NCBI GenBank assembly: GCA_043228905.1
Contig: JBHGNT010000001.1
Location: 29,264,001-29,328,000 of the forward strand
DNA length: 64,000 bases
From: Azolla caroliniana
Taxonomy: Eukaryota > Plantae > Polypodiophyta
Direction of reading: 5' to 3'
Below, piece by piece: positions 35,469 to 49,104 of the stretch. The notes beneath the pieces were generated by a model. It ran no database searches. It was given only the letters and a program-made list of their open reading frames with translations, and was not told the origin of the DNA. The position numbers and the translations under genes are program-made. Within the stretch, counting starts at the first letter, position 1, and each line of letters opens with the position of its first letter.

Positions 35469-36229
35469 TGTCGTGAAGAATTTCGGCCAGAGGCGGAAAC
35501 CGGGAAACATTGGCTACATCGGCGGGGTGCAGCGTGTGTATGCACCCATGTACATTTAGTGTGAATATCGAGGGCGCCTTTATGGCACCGAAGAGTAGTC
35601 AAGTCGGGGCAGACGATCCCATGTAAGTCGGGATTTGTCCCACATTGTAACCCATCCCTTTCCTTGTTCTATAAAAGGAAGGGAACACCCTTTGTGAAAG
35701 GGTTGCCCATTTTGCATTAGAGGGTATACCCTTAGGTTTAGAGTTAGTTTCTTCTTCTTCTTCTTCTTCTTCTCCTTCGTGTTTGCTTAGGGTTTGCTTC
35801 AGCTCATCTCCTGCGCAAGACCCCGCTCGGCGCGAAGAGCCCGTGAGCTCCCCGACGGCGGCTTGGCAGCTAACGACTACTATAACCTGCCTTGGAACAG
35901 CTCGAAGCCGGGAATGTATTCTTCTTTTTATATACATATATACGTTTGCGTCTGTCTTTGTATATTCGCGTCTTCGTTGGTGTCGGGTGCTTCCCCTTTC
36001 CTGCACTTCCTGTACTTATGTGTGTGTGTGTGTGTGTGTGTGTGAGTGTGCGTGAGTCGGTGTTAAGCGCTCTCTCTCTCTCTCTCTCTCTCTCCCCCTT
36101 CGGTTGCTTCCGGTGTGCTTCTGGGATGCCCCGGAAACGGTGAAGCACGACTTCCTACGCTTCATCACTCCCTAGTCCAAGACCCCCGTGGTCCCGCCTT
36201 TCTCCACGCACGCGCGTAACAACGCGACA
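35469..36229 (+). mobile_element. Solo gypsy LTR (family F)
   Basis: TGTCGTGAAG...CGACA, TSD GCGT; termini resemble the LTR at 17364. Confidence 0.9.
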
Positions 36230-39200
36230 GCGTGTCCTGGTCTTCCGCCGACAATCGAGCCACCTTGAAGAAGTCGAGGGTGACATCTTCATCTTCCGAA
36301 ACCATGTCACTTCCATTTTCAAATCTTGCCCTCGACAACATGTCAGCCATGACGTTCTTCTTCCCTGCAATGTGACGGATCTCTGGGTTTAAAGACTTGA
36401 TGTAGGAGATCCACCTTAGCATAGCAAGATCTGGGGTCGCACATCCCGAGACCATTCCGAGAATTGGGAGACAATCTGTCTCTATTATCACTTCCGACCC
36501 GATCAGGTAATCTTAGTCCGTCTTCACTGTTGACACAATACCCCAAAGTTCCCGCTTGACTTGGGCATATCTTTGTTGCCGTTCGCTGAGAATCTTTGCT
36601 CCAAACCGGACGACATATCGTGCATTATCTTCTCCTCCTTGATTGATGACCCACCCGATTCCAGTTGGGCTCGTATCTACGGTCACATAAATCGGCTTCC
36701 CTTCGGCATAGTCGGCCTTCCTTAGTGTCGGAGCTTCAAGAAGTAGTTTCTTCAATCTTCGCATCGCATTTGTGTGCTTGTCTCGCCATTCGAACTTCAT
36801 TCTTTTCTTTAGTAGTCCATATAACGGTTCGGCGACATGAGCGTAGTGCGGAATCCAGATATGATAAAATGTGCATGCTCCAAGGAACCTTCTAACCTCT
36901 GTTTGGTTTTCGCATTCTTCTTTCATGTCTTGGATTGCGTTCACTTTGTATGGCGAAGGCTTCCGGCCGTATGCCCCACACAAGTGACCTACCACCAAAA
37001 TCTCCGGTTGCCCGAATGCGAATTTTTCTCCCGAAAATGTCAAATTCGCATCTTCGAGCCTTTGAAGCACATTCTCGCAATCTTTCATATGATCCACAAC
37101 GAACTTTCTACAACCTTCCTTATCTTTTGATTCATCTTTCTCCACATCCGAACATCCTTTTATCGGAATATCATCCCAGAATGGCATCGTGATGTCCGGG
37201 ATGCAATCCTTCAAGACTTTATTCATGGCATTCACCATATGAGCCACCGAGTTCGTTGCACCTTGGGGTAAGGTACACATCCGCACAAGCCCGATCGGAG
37301 TCCTCATGGTTGTAATGTCCCGACTGTCGATCGCCAATTGGAATTGGTCATATTCGGAGTAAAGATCGCCAATGGAGTAGATGGACCGGTCCGCAAACGC
37401 TTCGGCAAATTTGTCCACGCTCGGACCGATTCCGGCATTTCGAATTGTCACCTTGTTGACGGGTTGAAGATCTTGGATGAATCGCAATGATCCATTCTTC
37501 TTCGGCACCATGAACCACCTATTGGAATAAGGAGTATTTGACGGTTCTAAAATTCCCATACTCACCTTCTTCTTTAAGAGCTCGATCAGCTTCGGAAGGT
37601 GTGCTCTCGGAATCGGTATCGGTTTCAAATTCCAAGGCACATGAGGCACCGTGAAGATCACCATCGACTCTATAAACTTTGGGTCGGCACATCCGATTTC
37701 TCGTGGGAAGAATGCGAAAGCCTTCCCATGTCTCTCAAGTATATCGCGAAACATTCGCTCCTCTTCAGGGAGAAGGAAATCCTCTTTTCCAACTCGTAGC
37801 TTCCCCTTCGTCTCTTTGGTGAAGACATGACCTATCGTCTTCGGATCTCTTAAGCTTGGATCGTTAGCAGCTTCCTTCATCTTTTGCCAGCTATTTTCCG
37901 GTAGCGGAACCGCAACTGGCTTGATCTTCTTATCCACCATTTTATATTTTGTGTTGATGCCAGCTTCCTTCATCGAGATGCCATGACGGTATTCATCGAT
38001 GATAGCATACATGTTGACAGAGTTAACCGAAATCACATAATGATCGTGAAGATAGCTCAAGTCCACGACTTCCTCGATTTCACCGATGGTGTCGTTAAAT
38101 GAGGCTTCTTCCATAATATGAGTCACAAACTCTTCTTCTTCTATTATGTTTTCTTCTTTCAGCATCTTCTTGAAGTTTTGTATCCGATGCTTGTCCTTCT
38201 TGTCGGGTAGTACTAGTTTACATGCGCCACTAGGTGTGACACATGTTGCTTCTCCTCACAATCCACGCACTCTACTTTCTTGTGGGGACTTGTGATTGCT
38301 CGGACTATTTGTGCCCCGTGCTTCAATAGTCCGCTCTAAAAATCCGAGGATTCGCCTCCGAGACTATCTCAATTCCTTTCATGATTGGCTCGCACCGTTA
38401 GGAATTGGACCGAACTTTGGTTGTCAAGAATCTTTATTCGTGCGAAGGATGCTCCATTATCGAACACTTTGGTCTCCATCCTAGATGATGTGATATACGG
38501 TTGCCCTAGGATGACAGGATGCGACGTTGATTCTTGCACGAAGAAGTGTTGATCTATCTCTGCATCCCTGATCGTGACTTTGACATTGGGACAAGCTCCG
38601 TACAAGTCCTCCGTAGACTTTGTTGCCATGCGAATCTTCCATCCGTGGTTTGTATTGATTGGCCATCTTCCTTTTTTGTAGAAGTCGGTTGACATGAGGT
38701 TGATCTCCGAGCCGTGGTCGATCAAAGCTACCACGGTCTCTTTCTTCTCCCCGATCTTCACCGGCGTCTCCGTTGTCGTTGTTATTCCTTAGGGCCGGAC
38801 AATAGCCTAACACAGGGTGTCTACGGAAGACACTTCACCAAAGGGGTGTTACGACGAGATAACTTAAGACACAACGATTAATCAGACTTAATTGGTTACT
38901 TAGCAATATGACATTAAACTTGATACACGCGTATGATAGAACAATTAGTACAGAACGGTAATCAATATTTAAAGATAAAACAAGAATCTCTATTTATTAT
39001 CCGTCAAAGTTTTACATTGTAACTGGGCCTTTATATAGGTCACCGGTGTTGAGTACAAAACGGTGCCAACCGGCACCAGTTCGGAACCAGTCCGGATCCG
39101 GATCGGCATACCGATTCCGGTCCGTCCGTTCACGTCTTATAAACTACTTAATTATAATCTATTCCGAATAAGCATTCCCTTTCACATTCTGGTCTTTAAC

Positions 39201-39373
39201 TCCTTTGTCAGCCGGGTAACACATGGCATGCCCGTGGGACAGTATCTTTTACGTCGAATCCCACTATCCAGCCCTTAGCCTTCATCCAAGATATCCAGAA
39301 TACTCTGCTCCAGGGTGTCCAATGGTTCTTCGGAACTCTGTTGTTGCTGTTGTGGTTGTGGTTGTTGTGGCTG

Positions 39374-42246
39374 CTATGGCGTTTGATCGACTCTCAGTAC
39401 CGGCAGTTGTGGCAGTAATTCCTCCGTCAGCTGCTCTGCCGGATTTGACTCCGATTGACTTGTCCCGGCCTTGTCTCCGTCCGGTCCTTGACCCGACGAT
39501 GGCTCCTCATCGTTGAGGTTAACGGTCGCCGCCTGCTTTGCTTCTTCTTTCCGTAGCCTGGTTCGCTCATAGCTTTCAAACTGGATTTGAGCATCCAATT
39601 GATCATCGTCCATCTGTGCTACCAGTTGCTGGACCACTACTGACTGTTCCTCTTCCAGAGTTACAAAATCTTTTGCTAACTCATCTCTTACGACGATGAA
39701 GCCCTCCTTTGTTAGCATGTAGTAGTCGTCGCCATCCTTCTGCCGGTTTTCCACGTTCGCCCTTAGCAACTGGAGCTCGGCTGTATGCTTTGCCCATTTG
39801 TCCCACCATTGCGCGGAGCTTTCGTCAATCAAGCATTTGGTCTTGTTCCTACATGCCTGGACAATGAACTGGATCCGCTCAAGTCCCATCTTCGATTTGT
39901 CCTCCGCGGCTTGCCATTCGTCCTTCAATTGCTTGATCAGCACCATCGTGTCCGCCTCCTGCTCCCGGTAATGTGACAATTGGTGTTGGTAGGTGTTCTG
40001 CAACCTCTGCAATACCATTGTCGCTCTTTCCTTCTCTTCATAATGCTGCTTATGGAGCTCCATACGTTCTTGCGCGGCTTCCTCCAGCAGCGTGGTTCTT
40101 TCAGCCCGTTCCTCCGCTAGCGCCGTCTCAGCTCGATGCACCTCCTACAGGAGCTTTGCCATCTTCTCCTGCTAGTTCTTATGCTCCGTATCCAGGTGCT
40201 TGTAGTCCCAGTGGAGGTGCTCAAAATCATCGGTCTTCTGCTTTTGCTTCTGGTTGAGTTACCGACGAGCGCAGTCTTCCCGATCCTTTTGTTGACGGAG
40301 TTCTTCTTTAAGTCTTTCAATCTCTGTTTCCGCCATCCGTCGCAGCTTATCCTTTTCTTTCAACGCTTTCTCTTTCTCCTCCTTAAGCCGGTCATATGCT
40401 TGATGTCCTTTCCGCAAATTGTTTTCTGCCCGGTGGAGGTTCTCAACAGTCTTCCTTTGTTCTTCTTCTACCGCTTTCTCGGGTGCGTAATGCTTCTTGT
40501 GCGGCCAGTTCATCTTTCAATTCAGCAAGCTCTTTTGCTTGCGCCGCCACTATCTCCAGGACTGGTTCCGTCTCCAGGGTCTCATTGTTATGTACATGTG
40601 CCGGTGTGTCTTTATTCTGTACATCTACCGAAGTCACCGGTGCTTGGATCGGTGGTCCGGTTAAGGCCATATTGGCCAATTCTTGTGTGGCCAGGTTCAA
40701 GTCTTGTTCTAGGCTCCGGATCCTTGACTGAGTCATCTCTAGTTCTCCGGTTGTGACGAGCAACCGGTCCATCTGCGCTTTCTCTTCCGCCTCTATGTAG
40801 TGCACCACTCCGGCAATCTGTTCTCCAATCCACCGGAGCCATTGGCTGCCGGTGCCCTGTTGTTGTGTCTGCCCAGAGGGTTTGCTATTGGTGTCGCTGG
40901 GCAGCGGTCGATTTTGTCTCTGTCTCTGGTTGGTGACCACTTTGCCGTTTTGGTTCCGGTTGCGGCTCCGTTGGCCGCTCCGCCTCAGATTGCTCTTGAC
41001 CTGCCAGTGGGGTAGGCAACTGTACTTCCGACGCTTGCATTTCGGGTCTTGTTGTATCCTGACCCGCCGGTATAGTTTGTTGTGCGGGGAGCTCTGTGAC
41101 CAGTTCTGTCCGAACCGGTTCCGGTTCCACCCTTGGTGCGGGATGCTCAATTCAGGGTAGAGGCGTTCCATCCTTCTTTGGTTCCGAATGCTCCCCGGCC
41201 TATTCGAAGGTGCTTGCCTTCTGGCGCCGCTGGAGGTGCTCTAGCGGGTCCTCCTCTACTTCCTCCTCCTGAGTTCCGATGTTGATTTTTGCTGCCAAGG
41301 GGTCCAGCTCTTGTTGAACCGGTCGGCGAAGTCTGATCTTGATTGGCCGTGCCGGTGGCTCCTGCTGGAGGCGCTCCTTTGCCACCTGGTCCATGTCGGT
41401 CGCCTTCCCTTTGGTTGTCTTAGAGGCCAACAACTGTTGCCGTTTCGAGGCCGTTTTCGGGGTGCCTTCGGTTGTTCTTCCCCGCTTCGTGGTCTTGACG
41501 GGCTCGATAGGTGGCGCCAATAGGGTGAGCCATTGCGCCACTGCCATCCATATCTTCCGACCCTCCTTGCCTCTTACAGAGTCGATGGCTGCACAGAGGC
41601 CATCCGCAATCAGTACCGGCCAGTCCACCTTCACGCCTTCATATGTTGCTATGATTAAGTCGGCTCGGTTCTGAGGCATGCACGAGGGTCGAGGGTATAC
41701 ATGTCCAAATTCATGGAGCACACGAGCAATCTCTCGAAATAGTGGATCTTCGCCGCCCTGTGTCTGGTAAGCCTTGCTGGCCAGAGAGTATTCCCCAAAA
41801 TATTTTCGAAGCTGCTCCGGGTTAGGGTTGTCGATAGTGAAGATGCCCCCATCTGGAAGGCCAATCAAAGCATGGATGGCCTCCTCTGTGATCAATTCCG
41901 TGTCGATTTCCTTTACTATCTTCTCCACCTCCCGGTGCGGTGGCGCCTCCATGATTGTGAGGAAACCTTCTAACCCATGTTGCCTTTGCCACTTCTTGGC
42001 TGCTTCAAAGAGTGCTTGGCAGTCCATGGCTTCTTCGAGGTCGGTAAGCGCTAGTGAGGGGTGTGTTTGAGGAGGCTCTGTGTGCGTGGGCTCGCATCTG
42101 ATGATCTTCAATCGCTTGTGCTCGTTTGTGCTCCTCTGTTCGCGAAATGTGAAGGCTTCCATGCGGTGGGAGTTTTCTTGCTGCATGTTGGCGTCTTCTT
42201 TTCTAACTCGCGCGTCTGCACATCGTGTACTAAAATAGAATGACAT
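39374..42246 (-). pseudogene. Frameshifted extra ORF (env-like position), long coiled-coil
   Basis: Consecutive sense ORFs 41200-42246, 40885-41130, 40443-41171, 40259-40513 and 39374-40141 between IN and the 3' LTR; E/K/Q-rich. Confidence 0.7.
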
Positions 42247-43329
42247 GCCATGTGGTGGCGGTTTAATATCCTATTAATAGCCCACTACGTACCTTTTCAA
42301 AGTGCCTGTTCACTCATTGTTCTTGCATGTGTCCGTTCACACCTCACCCTTGCATGATTTACTTTGATTGATTTGATTTTCGTTTTTTTTTTTGATAAAA
42401 TTGTTTGGTTAATTCGCATCCGGTCCCGTCGGACCCCTATCCAAATTGTGGGACTTGCCCGCCACGGGACTACTTGCCGTCGCGTCGTTCTTGCTGTTTG
42501 CCGACTCGTGCTTCCTCTTGCCGATTGCGAATTGTGTTGCCGTTTCATCCGACTTACCGGTGTCTGGCTCTGTGTCGGCCTTTACTTGTTCAAATGGGTT
42601 TCTTGGCATGGGTCCATTGTATGGTTTGAGTCGGAACCCATTGACCCATTTACCCAGAAACTCGCCGGCGAGTGTCCCTAACTGGTACGAACCGTTGAAC
42701 TCACGCGTAATCCAGTATGGTCCGGTCCACCGAAACCGTAGCTTCCCCGGCATCTTACCCATCCGGGTCTGGAATACTAGTACCAGCTTACCATTTTCGA
42801 ACATCTTTTTGTTCCCTTTTCGGTGACGATGCACGAACGCTTTCCTTCACCGCTGCTCTAGTTCTAGGTGCATGATGCTGGCTAGCCGATGTTCTTCCAA
42901 TTCGAACAACGCGGCTAACCGGATAGCTTCTGATTCCTTCTCATTTAGGCGTTCCCGAATCTGTATTCGTAAACTCGGTACCTGGAACTCGACCGGCATC
43001 ACTGCTTCCAATCCGAATGCAACCCTAAACGGTGTTGTGCGGATACTTGTCTTATATGTTGTTCAGTAGGCCCAGAGTGCACTGTGTAGCTTTGTATCCC
43101 AATCTGTCCGGTTCTCATTGACGATTTTTCGAAGGATGTTCTGTAGTGTTTTATTTGTTGACTCGGCTAATCTGTTGGCTTGCGGATAATAGGGAGTGCT
43201 CCGTTTGTGCACCACCGCATAAAATGTCGTCAAACTTTCCACTACTTGCCCTAAGAAGTGCCCACCTTGGTCACTTATTAGCTCTATCAGACATCCATAT
43301 CGGCACCAGATGTATTCATATAAATTTTT

Positions 43330-46300
43330 TGTTGAGAGACAAGCTCAACATCGGCCTAATCGGCTGAAGAAGCCGAAGACCCGATCGGTTGGGACCGATC
43401 GGTTAGGCCGAATGCGTAAACTGGTACGCAGACCGGTGCGTAGGTAGGGACGGATCGGTGCGTAAACCGGGAGACCGTTAGGAAAGATATTCCATGAGGA
43501 ATATATTTGGGAGTTAGTGTAGGAGCTCTTAATGAGCATTGAAGTACTGTCAGTACTTCTATCAGTCCTTGTAGGACTTGTATAAAAGTGTTCATTGAAC
43601 ACACATATGTATAGAGTGTGGTGAATAGAGATTTAGTACTACTGTTGAATATAGCCCGCGTATACTGCGTAAGCTCAAGCTCTCCATTAAACCTGACTTT
43701 TCTTCCTTTTGTTCCGTCTTCATACTTGCTTCCGCACGTTACTTTTTACATGGTATCAGAGCGCGAGGGTTGAGAACCTCTCTACAGCCGACACAGCTTG
43801 ACGAAGAAGAACAAGAAGAACGATGGATAGAGGCATGGCGAGCTCGCTTCCAACAGAGAAGCTCGACAGAACCAACTACGTGTCTTGGTCCTACAAGATG
43901 CACCAGTACTTGTTCGGGCACGGCTACTGGAGTTATGTCGAAGGAGCTAATGACGCGGCACCTGAATCGACACACACAGACTTCCCGTCGTGGGAGCAAT
44001 CGGCGAGCAGGGTATTATACTGCTTCACGTCGTGTGTGGGCGCACAACTATTGAGCTATGTTCGGGATGCAAAGACGCCGAAGGGTGCGTGGGAAAATCT
44101 GAAGAAGATTTTCGCCGCGAGCACCACAGCCAGGAAGCTTCAGCTTCGACAAGAGTTGAGCAACCTACGACAACGTGACTTGTCGGTGGCAGACTATACC
44201 TCGAAGATCAAGGATATCTACGACTCCCTCGCCTCCATAGAGGTGAACATCGAGGAGAGCGAGAGGGTCCAGATTTGTCTCGGAGGTTTGGCGTCGAAGT
44301 TCGGAGCGTTCCGAACGGCTGTGTGTACCCGGGAAAATATGCCGTCCTTTTTCAACTTATAGTCAATGCTCCTGGTAGAGGAGAACCACGCGGGTGCATC
44401 CACAAGCACGCACACCGACAAAAGAATGTTGTACACGGAGGGAGATAGGCCCCGTGGACGTGGAGGACGAGGCGAGTCGGCGCGTAATGGAGGCGGCCGA
44501 CAAGATCAAGGAAGAAGGCACCGAAGTGATGCCGACAACAACTTCGGACCCTCCGGAAACAGGGGGAGTCGAAGCGATGAGAACCGGCAAGGGAAGGCCA
44601 TCGCGGAGTGCTGGTACTGTGGCAAGAAAGGCCATAGGGAAAGTGAGAAGCGCGCCGATTCGGAGAGAACCGGTTCCGGAAACGACTCCGGACATACCGA
44701 CAAGGGAAATCGGCAGCGATCGCACTACGCCGAAGACTCCGGGAGAGCCGGAGAAGGGTATGCCTTCATGACGAGACACGAAGCAAACTCAATGAAACAG
44801 ACCACCCCGAGATTGGACGAGGTGTGGTATGTAGACTCCGGCGCGTCAAACCACATGACGAGCCATAAGGAGTGGTTCTCGTACCTTGAAAAACCGATAC
44901 AACCTGGAGTAGTCGCAACTAGAGACGACACTCCGCATCCAATCGCTAATGTTGGAGAAGTTTCCCTTAGCCATGTCGGGTAGAAAGGGAAACTCATGAA
45001 CGTGCTACACGTTCCGACAATCACGAAAAACTTGGTCTCGGTCGGACAGATCGTCGACTAAGGGATAGAGGTTCGGTTTATACACCTCGGGTGCTTCATT
45101 GAGGAAGAAGGCCGTGTGATTGCGCAAGGGCGCAGAGACGGGAGGATGTTCATCCTCGACTCCACTGACGGTGGCACCGCAATGTTCGCAAAGGGACAAA
45201 AATCCGAGTCGGACATCGACTTGTGGCACAAGCGGATAGACCACGTCAACTACCAACGGCTTCAAGATCTACAATCGAAACAGGTAGTTTTCGGATTGCC
45301 CAAATTTAGTGGCCGAAAGGCACAAATTTGTGAAGCCTGCCAGCTCGGGAAGCAACACCGACTTCCCTTCCCCAACGAGCGAAACCAGAGCCGGAACAAG
45401 CTCGACCTTATACACTCTGATGTATGGGGGCCGGCACAAAACGTTAGTCTTGGCGGGAGCCGATATTTCGTCTCCTTCATCGACGACCATAGGTGGCACA
45501 CGTGGATCTACCTCATTGAGAGGAAGAGTGAAGTCTTCGACTGTTTCCGGGACCTCAAAGGGTTCGTGGAAACGGAAACGGGACGAAAGATCAAGTGCCT
45601 GTGGTCGGATGGCGGGAAAGAGTACTTTTCCGGTCAATTCAATGGTTATCTACAACAAATGGGAATTCGGCACGAATTCAGTTGTAGATACACGCCAAAG
45701 CAGAACGGCGTGGCCGAGAGGAAGAATCGGTCAGTTGTGGAAGCGGCACGGGCAATGCTGGAGGAGAAGAGCTTGCCCAAGTTCTACTGGGCCGAGGCGG
45801 TAAGGACCGCGGTATACATCCAGAACCGAATCGGAGAGAAAGTGTTGGCGCACGAGCTATATTTCCGAACGAAGCCGAACTTGCAACACTTGAGGGTGTT
45901 CGGTAGCATTGCGTATGTGCATGTACCGAAGGAGAAAAGGAGGAAGCTGGACGCAAAGGCCGAGAAATGCATCTTGGTCGGTTACTCGGACGAGCAGAAG
46001 GGTTATAAGTGCTATAACCCTCGCACCAAACAAGCGCATGTTAGCCGCGACGTTGTGGTTGACGAGTCCGCGTCCTGGTACCAGCCCCGGACTCCGAATC
46101 CCGACTCCAATCCGAGTTCTGACGATGAGGTCAGCGAGACCGAGATGCCTCCGGATGAGCCCGAAATCGAGACCTGCGAAGAGAGTCTGATTTCACTCCG
46201 TTTAACTGGACCGATTGGACAACTGAGTCGGTACGATCAGTCCGATGAAGAGCCGGTGAGTAGTGGAGACTGGGCCATGCATTCCCCACGCAGGAAACCG

Positions 46301-49104
46301 AGGAGACGGCTTACGCGCAAAGAGAAAGGCAAGAAGAAGGTGTCGGATTCCGGCACGGATAGGAACGAGTCAGACCGACGCGAGTCCGACTCCGAGGGAA
46401 CCAGTGACGGGTCTTTAAAGGTGAAGTCTGCGTCGACCGAGAAGGCCTCAACATCGGCTAATGTGAGATTACGTCGATCTACCCGCCAGAAGAATCCTGT
46501 TTTGCGGTTCGGATACAACGAGTACATGGCGCATCACTATGCATACATGACCCATATAGCGGAAGTGCGTGAGCCGGAGAGCTACACAGAAGCGGCGAAG
46601 GACGCGAATTGGCGCACCGCAATGGAGGAAGAGATGCACGCATTGGCGGAAAACGAGACTTGGGATCTGGTTGACGCACCGAAGGGTGTGAAGCCGATCG
46701 GATGTAGGTGGGTGTACAAGGTCAAATACAACACCGACGGCTCGGTCAACCAATACAAGGCCCGGTTAGTGGCAAAAGGTTACACGCAGAAACACGGCAT
46801 CGACTACGATGAGACGTTTGCGCCGGTCGAGAAAATGACGACCATCCGTGTTTTGCTCGCAGTAGCTACGGTGAAAGGGTGGCACTTACATTAGATGGAT
46901 GTAAAGAATGCATTCCTGCAAGGTGACCTTGAGGAACAGGTGTACATGGTACAACCCCCCGGATTTCACTCTGGAACGAACTCCTTGGCAGTATGCCGAC
47001 TAAAGAAGTCCCTTTACGGACTGAAGCAAGCCCCGCGTGCCTGGAACGCGAAGATCACGCAACAACTGCGTCGGATGGGCTTCATCACGTCAAAATCAGA
47101 CTCTTCCCTGTTCATCCGGAAAGGTCGACTTGGACCGGTTAGTATTTTACTATATGTTGATGACTTGGTCATCACCGGCGCCGACCTAGGTGGAATCGAC
47201 CGTGTGAAGCTCCAGCTTGCGGCATTGTTCGACATGAAGGATTTGGGGGACCTTCATTACTTCCTCGGGATCGAAGTGATCCGTACCCCCGAAGGCATAT
47301 TGATCAACCAACGTCATTACGTGCTAAGTATGCTCTTCAAATTCGTGATGGCCGACTATAAGTCCGTCCCGACTCCTCTGGACATAACCGTCAAGCTTCG
47401 TCCCGATATGGGAAAGGTATGCGACCCGACGAGGTTCCGACAAATTGTCAGAAGCCTCATATACTTGACCATCACCCGACCCGACCTCAGTTATCCGGTC
47501 AGAGTGATCAGTTAGTTCATGGCGCGACCTACCGAGGAGCACCTTCAGTGTGCGCGACGCATACTTCGGTATGTCAACGGCACTAAGGACCGGGGACTGC
47601 TATATCGGACCGGTGCAGTCGCGCAGTTAGTCGGCTACACCGATGCTGATTGGGCTGGCAACGCCGCCGATCACCGATCCACGTCTGGATACGCGTTCTC
47701 CCTCGGGAGTGCCGCGATCGCGTGGAGCAGTAAGAAGCAGCCGACAGTTGCACTGTCGAGCATCGAAGCTGAGTACCGAGGAGCGGCTGTCGTGACATGC
47801 GAAGCCATATGGTTGAAGCGGCTACTTAAGGACCTGCAAGAGGAGGTGTCAGATCCGACAACGATCTACTGCGACAACCTCAGCAGCATCCAGCTCGCGA
47901 AAAATCCTGTTTTCCACGCACGGACCAAGCACATTGAGGTGCACTACCATTTCGTCCGTGAGCGTGTCCTTTCCGGTGAAGTCGAACTTCAGTACATTCT
48001 GACGGATCGGCAGACTGCCGACATCTTCACCAAGCCTCTTGGTCTGGACAAGTTGCGGCAATTCTCCGGTGCGCTCGGGTTGCGTCACCTCGACGTGCCA
48101 AACTTGAGGGGGAGAACAGTCCCGAATGACCAAGCAAGGCAGCATGAAAGGAGCGGAGACCGCGACACCAAGTCGGTTGACTCGATTGTCGAGTTCGACT
48201 TTGGATCGGCTGAAGAAGCTGAGGGTGGACCCGCGGAAAAGTCCGAAAGCGGACAGAAGGGGAACAGCCGAAGGAGAGAGCCAAAGCCAACCACAACCAC
48301 GCATGGGGAAGATGACGTCATCGAGGGCGAGAAGACCGAAGACAAGTTGGAGACAACCAACTCGGACGAGAGCGAAAACCGATCGGAGGTAGCCGAGTCA
48401 GTACAGATGTTTGATTCAGATACGCTGAATCAACCGAGGCCCAAGTGGAAGAAAAGGCAGCAGGAGAAGCATCAACACCGCAACAGTAGAAGAGCTTATA
48501 AGGGCCACATGAGCAGACAAGCCGACCAGAAGGGTCGAAGCACGTGGAGTCGAACAGGTCGAGGAGCGCGAGCGAGGCATGAAGCCAAGAGGAACCGGAG
48601 TTGTGAGCCCAAAGATCCCGAAGAGCCTCAAGTTGAGCTTGAGGGGGAGTGTTGAGAGACAAGCTCAACATTGGCCTAATCGGCTGAAGAACCCGAGGAC
48701 CGGATCGGTTGGGACCGATCGGTTAGGCCGAATGCGTAAACCGGTACGCAGACCGGTGCGTAGGTAGGGACGGATCGGTGCGTAAACCGGGAGGTCGTTA
48801 GGAAAGATATTCCGTGAGGAATATATTTGGGAGTTAGTGTAGGAGCTCTTAATGAGCATTGAAGTACTATCAGTACTTCTGTCAGTCCTTCTAGGACTTG
48901 TATAAAAGTGTTCATTGAACACACATATGTATAGAGTGTGGTGAATAGAGATTTAGTACTGCTGTTGAATATAGTTCTTGTTTTTCCTCTCTCACTCTCT
49001 CTGTCTCTCCCGCGTATACTGCGTAAGCTCAAGTTCTCCATTAAACCTGAGTTTTCTTCCTTCTGTTCCGTCTTCATACTTGCTTCCGCACGTTACTTTT
49101 TGCA
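43330..49104 (+). mobile_element. Full-length Ty1/copia element with several nonsense mutations
   Basis: LTRs 43330-43750 and 48650-49104, TSD TTTTT, PBS TGGTATCAGAGC at 43751, PPT GAGGGGGAG. gag-PR-IN-RT(LYVDDL)-RH(DADWAG) 43823-48655. Confidence 0.97.

Larger units (their letters stand above)
32242..38779 (-). mobile_element. Gypsy family E element (3' LTR 32242-33282, IN, RH, RT, PR); 5' part missing
   Basis: LTR TG...CA, PPT next to 33283, IN 33355-34296, RT 36513-38165, PR LIDHGSEIN 38369-38761. Confidence 0.92.
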
